DNA of 34,405 nt from a virus. Taxonomy: Duplodnaviria; Caudoviricetes. Positions within the stretch are counted from its first letter, which is position 1; every line of letters starts with the position of its first letter. The stretch is taken from positions 1 through 34,405 of IMG/VR virus record IMGVR_UViG_3300025387_000046; one strand, 5' to 3'. This document shows positions 1-7,856 of this stretch, in pieces. The notes beneath the pieces were generated by a model. That model searched no databases. It was given only the letters and a program-made list of their open reading frames with translations, and had not been told where the DNA came from. The position numbers and the translations under genes were made by a program.

Positions 1-2
1 CG

Positions 3-122
3 ATCCACGGCGCCTTAAAGTGGCTCACCACATTAGGCTTTATTAAAATTAAGCCTAGGGCTGAGGACACGAGGACCAAGATTTGTGTCTGCACGCCTAA
101 GGCGACGCGCTACTTGGAGTAA
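3..122 (+). CDS. C-terminal fragment of a MarR-like winged-helix protein (5' truncated by window)
   Basis: Manual translation of frame 3: IHGALKWLTTLGFIKIKPRAEDTRTKICVCTPKATRYLE*. This fits the MarR wing pattern L..G(F/Y)I.....D.R.K....T.K. Confidence 0.55.
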   Translation: MHGALKWLTTLGFIKIKPRAEDTRTKICVCTPKATRYLE

Positions 123-265
123 TGATGATTGATGTTCAAAAGATTATTTTGCAGCGGATCGACAAACAAAAAGCGTTGTATAAAAAGACCGGCAACGTGG
201 TGTATTTATACAAAACTCGTGAATTGCAAAGCTTGCTAAAGTATATACGGAGCCAGTATGAATGA
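122..265 (+). CDS. small hypothetical protein (47 aa)
   Basis: Manual ORF MMIDVQKIILQRIDKQKALYKK...RSQYE*; TAATG coupling to the upstream stop. Confidence 0.55.
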   Translation: MMIDVQKIILQRIDKQKALYKKTGNVVYLYKTRELQSLLKYIRSQYE

Positions 266-371
266 GGTGCTTGACTTTTTAATTCTTGTGGCGACGCTAG
301 TTATAGGGGCTATATGGTTCACGGCAGTCTTTTGCTTTATTGTTGCTTTATTAGGAGGCTATGATGACTAA
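258..371 (+). CDS. small membrane peptide (37 aa)
   Basis: Manual ORF MNEVLDFLILVATLVIGAIWFTAVFCFIVALLGGYDD*; one long hydrophobic stretch; overlaps both neighbours. Confidence 0.5.
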   Translation: MNEVLDFLILVATLVIGAIWFTAVFCFIVALLGGYDD

Positions 372-876
372 AGAAGTAATGAAACAAGCACTTGATGCGT
401 TGAAAAATACAACGCCTTCTGGCTTTAATATGGATGCTGATAAAAGATTTTATTCAGCTATTGAAGCCCTAGAAGAAGCACTAAAGCAAGAGCAAGACGA
501 GCCTGTGGCATATTTCAATTCGCAAAAAGGCGGTTTCTATTGGGCAAAGCCAACAAAGATTGAAGCACCAATCACAGTTGATGTTGAGCCATTGCCTCTC
601 TACACCAAACCACAACAAGGATGCGCTGAATGTGGAGTTGGTGGTGGGTATGCGCTGTATTGCCTTGCTTGTGCTGAAAAATATGTTAAGCCTGAATGGG
701 TAGGGTTAACTGAGGAAGAGTTAATAGTTATAAAAGGAAAAAATTGTCCTGAAATTGATTGGAGCGCAAGGCATGGAGTTCCGTTAAATAACGGGGAACA
801 AAACGCTTGGTTGTTTACTTGGTTTATGGCTTTTGCTAAAGAAACAGAAGCTAAATTAAAGGCGAAGAACACATGA
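361..876 (+). CDS. hypothetical phage accessory protein (mosaic; EPVA, CxxC..CxxC, EWVGLT...KAKNT modules)
   Basis: 171-aa ORF; AGGAGG RBS immediately upstream; shares the EWVGLT and K-x-KNT end with 1186..1407. Confidence 0.8.
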   Translation: MMTKEVMKQALDALKNTTPSGFNMDADKRFYSAIEALEEALKQEQDEPVAYFNSQKGGFYWAKPTKIEAPITVDVEPLPLYTKPQQGCAECGVGGGYALYCLACAEKYVKPEWVGLTEEELIVIKGKNCPEIDWSARHGVPLNNGEQNAWLFTWFMAFAKETEAKLKAKNT

Positions 877-1013
877 GATTTAGCATCAAATTATTTGAAT
901 ATCGTTACGTTTTAAAAATATTTTTTCCTACAGAGCGCCACATTAAAGGGTTACCTGCGATTATGTGGGGAAAAATTGGTCGTGCCGTAGCCCTAAAGGA
1001 TAAGAACACATGA
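873..1013 (+). CDS. small hypothetical protein (46 aa)
   Basis: Manual ORF MRFSIKLFEYRY...VALKDKNT*; ATGA overlap at both ends; bounded by linker repeats. Confidence 0.7.
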   Translation: MRFSIKLFEYRYVLKIFFPTERHIKGLPAIMWGKIGRAVALKDKNT

Positions 1014-1189
1014 GAGTATTAATGCTTTGTTTGCTTTTATCAGGCTGTGGTCCAAGTTGTGAGGAGCAAGGAGGAGTGGTAGTTCAGAATGGGTTCTACT
1101 ACATCTGGCAAGTAATTGATGCGTCCAAAGGAATTGGTTATATGCAAGCGTATCCAAACTATGTTTGTCAAAAGGAGAAAAACACATGA
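1010..1189 (+). CDS. small putative lipoprotein (59 aa)
   Basis: Manual ORF MRVLMLCLLLSGCGPSCEEQGG...VCQKEKNT*; LSGC lipobox; ATGA overlaps at both ends. Confidence 0.72.
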   Translation: MRVLMLCLLLSGCGPSCEEQGGVVVQNGFYYIWQVIDASKGIGYMQAYPNYVCQKEKNT

Positions 1190-1407
1190 TTGAAAACAAA
1201 CTAGCAGAACATGCCAAGTCTCAAATTGATAAAGGATTAAGTTATTTGGAAGGTTTTAGCAAAGGCTATCACCAAGCTAAATCAGAATGGGTAGGACTAA
1301 CTACTGATCAAATGATGGCAATAGCTCAATGGCAGATAAGTGCTCACAGACCATTGATTGATGTCATAAAAGCGGTAGAGCAAGCATTAAAGGAGAAGAA
1401 CACATGA
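1186..1407 (+). CDS. hypothetical phage accessory protein (73 aa)
   Basis: Start moved to ATG 1186, which follows an AAGGAG RBS; contains the EWVGLT...ALKEKNT module. Confidence 0.8.
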   Translation: MIENKLAEHAKSQIDKGLSYLEGFSKGYHQAKSEWVGLTTDQMMAIAQWQISAHRPLIDVIKAVEQALKEKNT

Positions 1408-1670
1408 ACATACATCCGGACTCGGTTGAGCAATTGCTTATTGCTGCTAGCTCACTCAAAGACAATGAAGGTAGACATTTAGGCTCAACCATGTCGTACC
1501 GCGTATTATCCAATGAGTTTTTAAAAGACTATGTCTACCCGGTTGAGGCGTGGATTCAGCATATATTAAATGGCAAAGACGTGGCAGCTCTCAGCCTATA
1601 TGATGAGAACCACATCCTAAAAGAGGAGCTTAAAGTGGCACGGACTGAGATTGAAAGGCTTAGACGCTAA
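1404..1670 (+). CDS. hypothetical protein with C-terminal coiled coil
   Basis: 88-aa ORF; AAGGAG RBS in the linker; ATGA overlap. Confidence 0.75.
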   Translation: MNIHPDSVEQLLIAASSLKDNEGRHLGSTMSYRVLSNEFLKDYVYPVEAWIQHILNGKDVAALSLYDENHILKEELKVARTEIERLRR

Positions 1671-1715
1671 AACAAAGGTATACATTTGCAAATTATTTCA
1701 ACTTTTTTTAACTAT

Positions 1716-1778
1716 TTTTGCACAAATGTGAAAAAAGTCCCAAAACAGCAGTATAATTGCAATTGTAGGCAACTACAA
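1716..1778 (+). promoter_or_regulatory. putative sigma70-like promoter with operator-like palindrome and 5' hairpin
   Basis: AT-rich intergenic region; TATAAT at 1752-1757; imperfect palindrome TTTTGCACAAATGTGAAAA at 1716-1734; hairpin TTGTAG-GCAA-CTACAA at 1763-1778. The -35 is weak. Confidence 0.45.
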
Positions 1779-1826
1779 ATTGTTAATCATCCACTTGTTT
1801 ATATGTTAATTGAAAGGTATTAAATC

Positions 1827-2771
1827 ATGGCACACGAAATCGCAAAAACAATCACTGGCAAAAACGCAATGGCCTACGTAGGTGCTACACCTTGGCACGG
1901 TCTTGGCCAACAACTTACCAGCAACTCTTCCTTAGATGTATGGGCTACCGAATCAGGCCTTGACTTTAAATTAGCTATGGCTAATGTTCAGTTTCAAGCC
2001 CCTGGTGCTCAATCAGACACCTTGACCTTTCCAGGCAAACGTGTTATGTACCGCACAGATACCTGCCAACCTCTTGGCTTGGTCTCCAACGCTTACAGAG
2101 TAGTTCAACCTATTGAGGTTTTGGAGTTTTTCCGCGATATGGTAGGCACAATCGCTGAGTTGGAAACAGCCGGTGTATTACGTAATGGCGCTCATTACTG
2201 GGCACTTGCTAAAATGTCCGGTGAGTTTAACGTAGCTGGTGATAAAGTCCACCAATACTTGCTTTTGGCATCTAGCTGTGATGGTTCCTTGGCGACACAG
2301 GCCAGACTTACCAGCGTCCGTGTTGTATGTAATAACACTTTGCAGTTGGCTCAAAGATCTGGCGATGTGGTTCAGGTACGTCACAACTCCGTTTTTGACC
2401 CCACTGCTGTTAAATCCAAGCTATCCGATTTCAATGATGCGTTTAAACACTTTGAGCAAACAGCCAAGTTTTTAGCCAACCTTAAAATTAGTTCCTCACA
2501 GGCTCAAAAGGTATTCACCAAGATTCTTGGCGGTGATGAGAAAAAGCCCAGCCGCGCAGCGCAACGAGCCTTGGCACTGTTTGAAGGCGCAGGCATCGGC
2601 GCGGAGCTCGAGTCTACCAAGGGCACAGCCTGGGGCGCCTTAAACGCCGTTACGCAGCTCATGGATTGGGAAACAGCTCGTACAAGCGATGCACGTTTGG
2701 CCAACGCCTGGTTTGGCGGCGGTGTTAATATCAAGGCCAAGACAGCTCAGGCTTTGTTAGAATTAGCGTAA
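1827..2771 (+). CDS. DUF932 / phage-plasmid TIGR03299-family protein
   Basis: MAHEI..., TPWHGLG, Y.VVQP.EVLEFF, ETAG.L, TSVRVVCNNTL and GTAWG.LNAVT motifs; GAAAGG RBS. Confidence 0.9.
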   Translation: MAHEIAKTITGKNAMAYVGATPWHGLGQQLTSNSSLDVWATESGLDFKLAMANVQFQAPGAQSDTLTFPGKRVMYRTDTCQPLGLVSNAYRVVQPIEVLEFFRDMVGTIAELETAGVLRNGAHYWALAKMSGEFNVAGDKVHQYLLLASSCDGSLATQARLTSVRVVCNNTLQLAQRSGDVVQVRHNSVFDPTAVKSKLSDFNDAFKHFEQTAKFLANLKISSSQAQKVFTKILGGDEKKPSRAAQRALALFEGAGIGAELESTKGTAWGALNAVTQLMDWETARTSDARLANAWFGGGVNIKAKTAQALLELA

Positions 2772-2798
2772 AAAAAGTAGGGCTCCGGCCCTCTTTTT
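2771..2798 (+). terminator. intrinsic terminator (possibly bidirectional)
   Basis: A-tract, then stem AGGGC-TCCG-GCCCT (2779-2792), then CTTTTT, directly after the DUF932 stop. Confidence 0.65.
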
Positions 2799-2810
2799 GT
2801 AGTATAATTA
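2799..2810 (+). promoter_or_regulatory. putative -10 element
   Basis: AGTATAATT (TATAAT at 2803-2808), the same context as AGTATAATT at 1750-1758; followed by a GAAAGG RBS and ATG 2839. Confidence 0.45.
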
Positions 2811-2838
2811 CTTATTGATTTTTGAAAGGTAATACAAC

Positions 2839-3375
2839 ATGAATATTTTCTATCTCCACCACGTTCCTAAAATTGCAGCAGGTATGCATTGCGACAAACA
2901 TGTCGGCAAAATGCTTATCGAGTCATGCCAAATGCTAGCCACTGCGCATCACCACTATGGCAATGGCCATATGGTTTCCTATAAGCCTACACACATCAAT
3001 CATCCAAGCAATGTCTGGGTGCGTCAGTACAGGCTCCATTATGATTGGCTTGGCGACCTTGTGTCCGCGTTAGGCAAAGAATTCTTTCGCCGTTACAACC
3101 ATCATCACAAATCTTATACTGTGTATATCAACGAGTTGCGCTTTGCCCCGCCTGCCATGCAAAAGCTCCCCCTATTATGGCAAGACCCCCCTTTGGCTAT
3201 GCCTGACGAGTACAAGTCCGATGACACCGTAATGGCCTACCGCCGCTTTTACGCCAGTAAAATCGACCGTATGCCCATGGTGTATTACAAAGGCCAACAA
3301 AAACCACCCATCTGGCTAACCGATATCTGGTCTGGCCGTATTGAACATTCCGAGCATTATATGGAGGCAGCATGA
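2839..3375 (+). CDS. pyrimidine-dimer DNA glycosylase / endonuclease V-like protein
   Basis: MNIFYL..P..AA..HCDKHV.KM.IE..QML.TAH, YKPTH.NHPS..W, P.AMPDEYK and AYR.FY motifs typical of this phage family. Confidence 0.7.
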   Translation: MNIFYLHHVPKIAAGMHCDKHVGKMLIESCQMLATAHHHYGNGHMVSYKPTHINHPSNVWVRQYRLHYDWLGDLVSALGKEFFRRYNHHHKSYTVYINELRFAPPAMQKLPLLWQDPPLAMPDEYKSDDTVMAYRRFYASKIDRMPMVYYKGQQKPPIWLTDIWSGRIEHSEHYMEAA

Positions 3376-3776
3376 CAAATTACGAATTAGTTAGAGTATT
3401 TAGAAAGCAAATGAAGCTGGAGGTGTCTGACACACCAGTATTGCTTAGCGCTGAGATGGTAAGTTACTTTTCACGCTTTATTCTTGAGGAGCTCAGTGAG
3501 TTCATGATGGCCAATGAATGTGAAAACATTGTGGACGCGGCCGACGCACTGGCTGACTTAGTCTACGTGACCATGGGCTGTGCTCAGGCTATGGGTTTGC
3601 CTTTTGACCAGATTTTTAAAGTGGTTCATGAAGCCAATATGCGAAAAGTAATTGCTCCCCCTGACAAACGGTCTGCATTTGGATCACAGCATGACTGTGT
3701 TAAGCCTGCCGATTGGCAACCCCCAGAGCCTTTAATCAAAACTATTATCCAAAAAGCCAAGGAGAATGCAGTATGA
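3372..3776 (+). CDS. MazG/PRA-PH-like all-alpha NTP pyrophosphatase
   Basis: EELSE...DALADLVYV.MG...VHEANM.K...KP.DW.PP motifs. Confidence 0.88.
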   Translation: MTNYELVRVFRKQMKLEVSDTPVLLSAEMVSYFSRFILEELSEFMMANECENIVDAADALADLVYVTMGCAQAMGLPFDQIFKVVHEANMRKVIAPPDKRSAFGSQHDCVKPADWQPPEPLIKTIIQKAKENAV

Positions 3777-4138
3777 ATATTAATGACTTAATCAATCAGT
3801 TTGTTTTAATCAAAGGTCAAAAAGAAGACTTGGCTGCCAGCATTAAAACATGCAATGAAGAGTTGGCTAGGATTGAAGCAGATATTATGGCCAAGATGGC
3901 AGAGGCTGGTATTAACCAAGCCGCGTCTGACAAAGCCACATGTAGCATGAAGCAGGTTACACACCCCGCCATTACCGATTGGGACGCTTTTTACAACCAT
4001 GTCACAACGACGGGTCAGTTTGAGCTCCTACAAAAAAGATTATCTTCTACAGCCTTTAAAGAACGGTGGGCTGCAGGGGATACAGTACCTGGAACGTCGA
4101 CCACGACACTCTGGGAATTATCCGTTCGTCGCAAGTAA
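3773..4138 (+). CDS. conserved phage replication-module protein (N-terminal coiled coil; DWDAFY motif)
   Basis: Start moved to ATG 3773 (ATGA overlap, AAGGAG RBS); 121 aa. Confidence 0.75.
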   Translation: MNINDLINQFVLIKGQKEDLAASIKTCNEELARIEADIMAKMAEAGINQAASDKATCSMKQVTHPAITDWDAFYNHVTTTGQFELLQKRLSSTAFKERWAAGDTVPGTSTTTLWELSVRRK

Positions 4139-4165
4139 CTCGTTAATTTTTAAAAGGAAAACATC

Positions 4166-4927
4166 ATGGCAAAAACGCCTACAGTCAAACAACCTCAACA
4201 GCTTGCTTTATTTGAAGATCAACTAGCCGCGATGGCTATGGAATCGGTCAAGGCCGAGCAAAGCAGCTTGCAAACCACTTTCCTCTCTACTAAGTCAGGC
4301 ACGTTGACTTACCGAGGCGACCCCGTGGCCAATAACAAACTGCCTTGTATCATACTGGCCGCCCCGGTTGAAAGGCTCTACTACTCAACTAGGTATGACC
4401 CAACCAAGGTCGTTGGGCCCGACTGTTTTGCCATAAGTCAAACACTTACGGGTATGAAACCATCCGAGGCCGCGCCACAACCTCAACACTCCTCCTGTGA
4501 AGGCTGCCCTAAGAATGAGTGGGGCTCATCACCAACTGGAGGTAAAGGCAAGGCTTGCCGTGAAACACGTAGGCTTTTACTTATTCCCTCCGACGCCATC
4601 ACGGACGCTGACTCAGTCAAAGCTGCCGAGATCGCTGCTATCAGGCCCCCAGTAACCAGCCTTAAGAACTACGCCAACTATGTGCAGACCATAGCGGCAA
4701 CGCTCCGCCGGCCACCCCTAGGCGTAATAAGTGAAATTGCGGTTGTCCCGGACGCCAAGACCCAGTTCAAGGTTAATTTTTCCATGCTCAAAACTATTGA
4801 TGATCAGGCAGTCATTGCCGCGTTAATCGAGCGTAGTAAAGAGGAATTGGAAAAAGCAATGGAATCGGCTGGGGCTATCAATGAAGAGACTGAGCCTGAT
4901 GTTACAACCCAGTCCGATCGTTTTTAA
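4166..4927 (+). CDS. putative ssDNA-binding/annealing protein
   Basis: Lies just upstream of the polymerase; Cys cluster PDC..CEGCP.NEWGS..GKGKAC; acidic tail ending in Phe. Function is inferred. Confidence 0.5.
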   Translation: MAKTPTVKQPQQLALFEDQLAAMAMESVKAEQSSLQTTFLSTKSGTLTYRGDPVANNKLPCIILAAPVERLYYSTRYDPTKVVGPDCFAISQTLTGMKPSEAAPQPQHSSCEGCPKNEWGSSPTGGKGKACRETRRLLLIPSDAITDADSVKAAEIAAIRPPVTSLKNYANYVQTIAATLRRPPLGVISEIAVVPDAKTQFKVNFSMLKTIDDQAVIAALIERSKEELEKAMESAGAINEETEPDVTTQSDRF

Positions 4928-4936
4928 GTAAGTTTA

Positions 4937-5006
4937 TGAGGGGGTAACGTGGGTTAGCTCCACGTGGAGAATGGGAATGAACCGCGGCTTTTGTGGTTCC
5001 CCCTCA
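4937..5006 (+). ncRNA. candidate structured RNA (three-way junction) in intergenic region
   Basis: P1 TGAGGGGG/CCCCCTCA; P2 ACGTGG/CCACGT; P3 GAACCGCG/TGTGGTTC with G-U pairs; ends just before an AAGGAG RBS. Confidence 0.45.
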
Positions 5007-5020
5007 CCTAAGGAGACTTT

Positions 5021-5278
5021 ATGAAATATATTGTCGGCGTTTTGATTTTAGCAGGCTGCTCACAGCCACAACAACAACAAGTTGGTCCTCCCGTTGTGCA
5101 ATTGACCGTGGACCCTAAGGCTCAGCAAATGAGCAGGAATGAAGTCATACAAGCCACCATGGAATGCGAAGGCAATAATATGCGAGCGGTGCCTGTTATG
5201 ACTAAAAGAGTAATTAGTGGTATGACGAGTGACATTATCGTTGATGTGCAATGCATGCCCAAGTATAGGTTGTTTTAA
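5021..5278 (+). CDS. putative lipoprotein
   Basis: MKYIVGVLILAGC signal with lipobox; AAGGAG RBS. Confidence 0.75.
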   Translation: MKYIVGVLILAGCSQPQQQQVGPPVVQLTVDPKAQQMSRNEVIQATMECEGNNMRAVPVMTKRVISGMTSDIIVDVQCMPKYRLF

Positions 5279-7096
5279 ATGAAGCCTATTTTTTTAGATT
5301 TTGAAACCGAGGGCATCGAAGCTCGACCAAAGTACCCACCCTCACCGGTTGGGTTGGCCGTGTATGATCCGGAGGGGCAATTCCCCAACGCGTATTATTC
5401 TTTTGACCATTTACATGGGAACACATCTACGTTCTCAGAAGTCTATGACTTACTAACCGCTGTGTATTGTGGCCTTAGGCCTATATGTTTTCATAACGCT
5501 ATGTTTGACCTGGATGTGGTAGAAACACATTTTGGGCTGGCCATACCTGATACATCAAGGCTTCATGATACTTTAATCCTAGCCTTCCTTAATGACCCTC
5601 ATGTACAATCTTTGTCCCTCAAAGACTTGGTGGTTACATATGAATTGGCTCAGCCTGATGAAAGAGATGAGCTAAAAGAGTGGATTATTGAGAATGTACC
5701 CGAGGCCAAGAAAAAGAAATCTACCTGGGGAGCCTATATTTGTCGAGGCCCCACCGAGTTGGTAGGCCGGTACGCCATGGCCGATGTAAGGCTTACCTCT
5801 TTGTTGTATGACTTTTTATCGGAGAAGGTTTTACCCGCTCAGGCCGAGCCTTATCAACGTGAGATGGCCCTGATTCCCATGTTACTTGAAAATTCAAGGT
5901 TAGGTGTTCGAGTGGATGTGCCTGGTTTAGAAAAAGCAAAACTGCAAGCAGAAACGGATATTGCTTTAAGTACCGATTGGGTTCGTGCATTGTTAAATTC
6001 TCCTGATTTGAATGTAGACAGCGATCAACAGCTAGTTGAAGTTATTTATCAATCTGAGCACTGGGATAAAAATAAATCGTGGCCTAAAACGGATAAAGGC
6101 CAATTACAAGCAACCAAAGAAGCATTTGAGGAGATGTTAACCAATGAACACCTTAGAGACGTCCTTAGATACAGGGCCAACTTATCCACCTGCTTATCAA
6201 CATTTATTGAACCTTGGCTACACTCAGGGAGAGATACAGGCCGTATCTACACGAACTGGAATAGTGTACGTGGTGAAAGAGGCGGTACGCGGACGGGCAG
6301 GCTTAGCTCTACCCCCAACTTCCAAAACGCGCCTATTAGATACCCAAAAGTAAATTTGCCTGATGATTTAAAGGTTGCGCCTTTACCGCTTATTCGTAGC
6401 TTTATTCTTCCTGATGAAGGCCATAAGTTGGTGGCGTGTGACTTTAACGCTCAAGAGCTTCGTATCTTTGCCCACTTTGAAGGTGGCAATTTAATGAAGC
6501 AGTATCAAGCCGATGCGCGAGCGGACCTACATACTTACGCAGCCAAAATGATGACCGAGGCCAGCGGCCGCGAAGTAACTCGTACCTACTCCAAAGGTGT
6601 ATCATTTGCTATACTTTATGGGGCTGGGCCTAAGAAAATCAGTGAAATGTTGGAGGTGGACTATGAAATGGCAAAGACGCTTATGGATTCTTACACGACG
6701 GCGGTTGCGCCGGGTCTTAAAAGCATGCAAGCTACGATGAAGACTCGGTACAAGCTAGGGCAGCCTATTAAAACCATTGGCGGTCGGTTGGTTAAGATGG
6801 AGCCTGCCAAGGTAATTTACGGCAGACTTAGAGAGTTTGATTATAAAGGTGTTAATCTTTTGATTCAAGGCTCGGCGGCCGATCAGGCCAAAGCAGCCAT
6901 GCTGTTGTTTCAAAAGACTAGACAAGGGAGTAGATTGCTTTTAAGCGTGCATGATGAATTGGTAATCAGCGCGCCGATAGAAGCTATTGAAAGAGAGGCG
7001 GAATGTTTGATGCACGCTATGTGCAACGCCGTTCCAATGGATGTGCCTATGGTCAGTGACTATAAGGTGGGTTTAACTTATCAGGATACAAAATGA
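5279..7096 (+). CDS. polA: family A DNA polymerase with 3'-5' exonuclease
   Basis: Exonuclease motifs DFET, HNAMFD, YAMAD; TRTGRLSS.PNFQN; motif A DFNAQELR; motif B R..SK..SFAILYG; IQGSAAD; motif C VHDE. Confidence 0.97.
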   Translation: MKPIFLDFETEGIEARPKYPPSPVGLAVYDPEGQFPNAYYSFDHLHGNTSTFSEVYDLLTAVYCGLRPICFHNAMFDLDVVETHFGLAIPDTSRLHDTLILAFLNDPHVQSLSLKDLVVTYELAQPDERDELKEWIIENVPEAKKKKSTWGAYICRGPTELVGRYAMADVRLTSLLYDFLSEKVLPAQAEPYQREMALIPMLLENSRLGVRVDVPGLEKAKLQAETDIALSTDWVRALLNSPDLNVDSDQQLVEVIYQSEHWDKNKSWPKTDKGQLQATKEAFEEMLTNEHLRDVLRYRANLSTCLSTFIEPWLHSGRDTGRIYTNWNSVRGERGGTRTGRLSSTPNFQNAPIRYPKVNLPDDLKVAPLPLIRSFILPDEGHKLVACDFNAQELRIFAHFEGGNLMKQYQADARADLHTYAAKMMTEASGREVTRTYSKGVSFAILYGAGPKKISEMLEVDYEMAKTLMDSYTTAVAPGLKSMQATMKTRYKLGQPIKTIGGRLVKMEPAKVIYGRLREFDYKGVNLLIQGSAADQAKAAMLLFQKTRQGSRLLLSVHDELVISAPIEAIEREAECLMHAMCNAVPMDVPMVSDYKVGLTYQDTK

Positions 7097-7224
7097 TTAA
7101 TTTTATTATTGGGTTTGCAATTGGTTTGTACATAGCAACCACGGGCATTGTAGGTATTGCAAAAGATGTTGAGTACGTTGTTAACACCGCGAAGAACATG
7201 CAAGTTAAAGTTGAGCCTAAATGA
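7093..7224 (+). CDS. small membrane protein (43 aa)
   Basis: Manual ORF MINFIIGFAIGLYIATTGIVGIAKD...VEPK*; ATGA overlaps at both ends and fills the gap exactly. Confidence 0.65.
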   Translation: MINFIIGFAIGLYIATTGIVGIAKDVEYVVNTAKNMQVKVEPK

Positions 7225-7856
7225 AATACTCTTACTCATCAATTAAGTCTTATGAAACATGCCCGTTTAAATACAAGCTTACGCGGATTGACCATTTAAA
7301 AGAACCTTCAGGCCCCGCGGCCGAACGAGGTGTTGAAATACACTCCGAGTTTGAAAACGCTATTTTAGCTTTGCCTTTGCTTGATAGTTCTCGATCTTGG
7401 TGGCTTGACTACATTGATGAGCTTAAGGCTAAAAAGGCTATGCCTGAGTATAAGTTTGCTATTAATAAAAACGGATCGGCTTGTGATTACGCCTCGGATG
7501 ACGCGGTCTTTAGAGGCATCATCGATGTTCTATGTGTTAATGATAAAACCGCTATTGTATCGGATTGGAAAACTGGCAAGGAGCGTGATTACTCGGATCA
7601 GCTTAGAGTATACGCGACCGTTGTATTTTTAATCTTTCCTTATGTGGACACGGTAGTTACACAGATTGATTACATTGACCATAATAAGCACGCCCCAGGT
7701 GTTGTGTTTACTCGAGATCAACTGCCAGATTTATGCGCTGACTTAGATCATAGAATTGAAGCAATCGCCAAAGATGATATTTACGCGCCCAATCCTAATA
7801 GCAACTGTAGGTATTGCCATTTTAGAAAAGATAATGGAGGCCCGTGCAGATGGTAA
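7221..7856 (+). CDS. PD-(D/E)XK exonuclease, Cas4/RecB-like with putative Fe-S cysteines
   Basis: SYS....YETCP, G..IH, GIID, DWKTG, QL.VY and C-terminal CRYC..C motifs. Confidence 0.9.
   Translation: MKYSYSSIKSYETCPFKYKLTRIDHLKEPSGPAAERGVEIHSEFENAILALPLLDSSRSWWLDYIDELKAKKAMPEYKFAINKNGSACDYASDDAVFRGIIDVLCVNDKTAIVSDWKTGKERDYSDQLRVYATVVFLIFPYVDTVVTQIDYIDHNKHAPGVVFTRDQLPDLCADLDHRIEAIAKDDIYAPNPNSNCRYCHFRKDNGGPCRW

Larger units (their letters stand above)
857..1407 (+). repeat. four copies of a 20-nt gene-junction linker, consensus WAAAGGMKAARAACACATGA
   Basis: 857-876 TAAAGGCGAAGAACACATGA; 994-1013 TAAAGGATAAGAACACATGA; 1170-1189 AAAAGGAGAAAAACACATGA; 1388-1407 TAAAGGAGAAGAACACATGA. Confidence 0.92.

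Noticed and set aside
857-1407. CRISPR array interpretation of the 20-nt repeats
   Set aside because: Repeat-to-repeat distances are 137, 176 and 218 nt, the intervening DNA is coding, and the repeats are not palindromic.
4937-5010. tRNA or hammerhead ribozyme interpretation of the structured intergenic element
   Set aside because: It has only two internal arms, with no anticodon arm, no TTCRA T-loop and no CCA end. The CTGATGA/GAAA hammerhead core is absent.
7221-7856. Cas4 as part of a CRISPR-Cas system
   Set aside because: There are no other cas genes or array; solo Cas4-like exonucleases are normal in phage replication modules.
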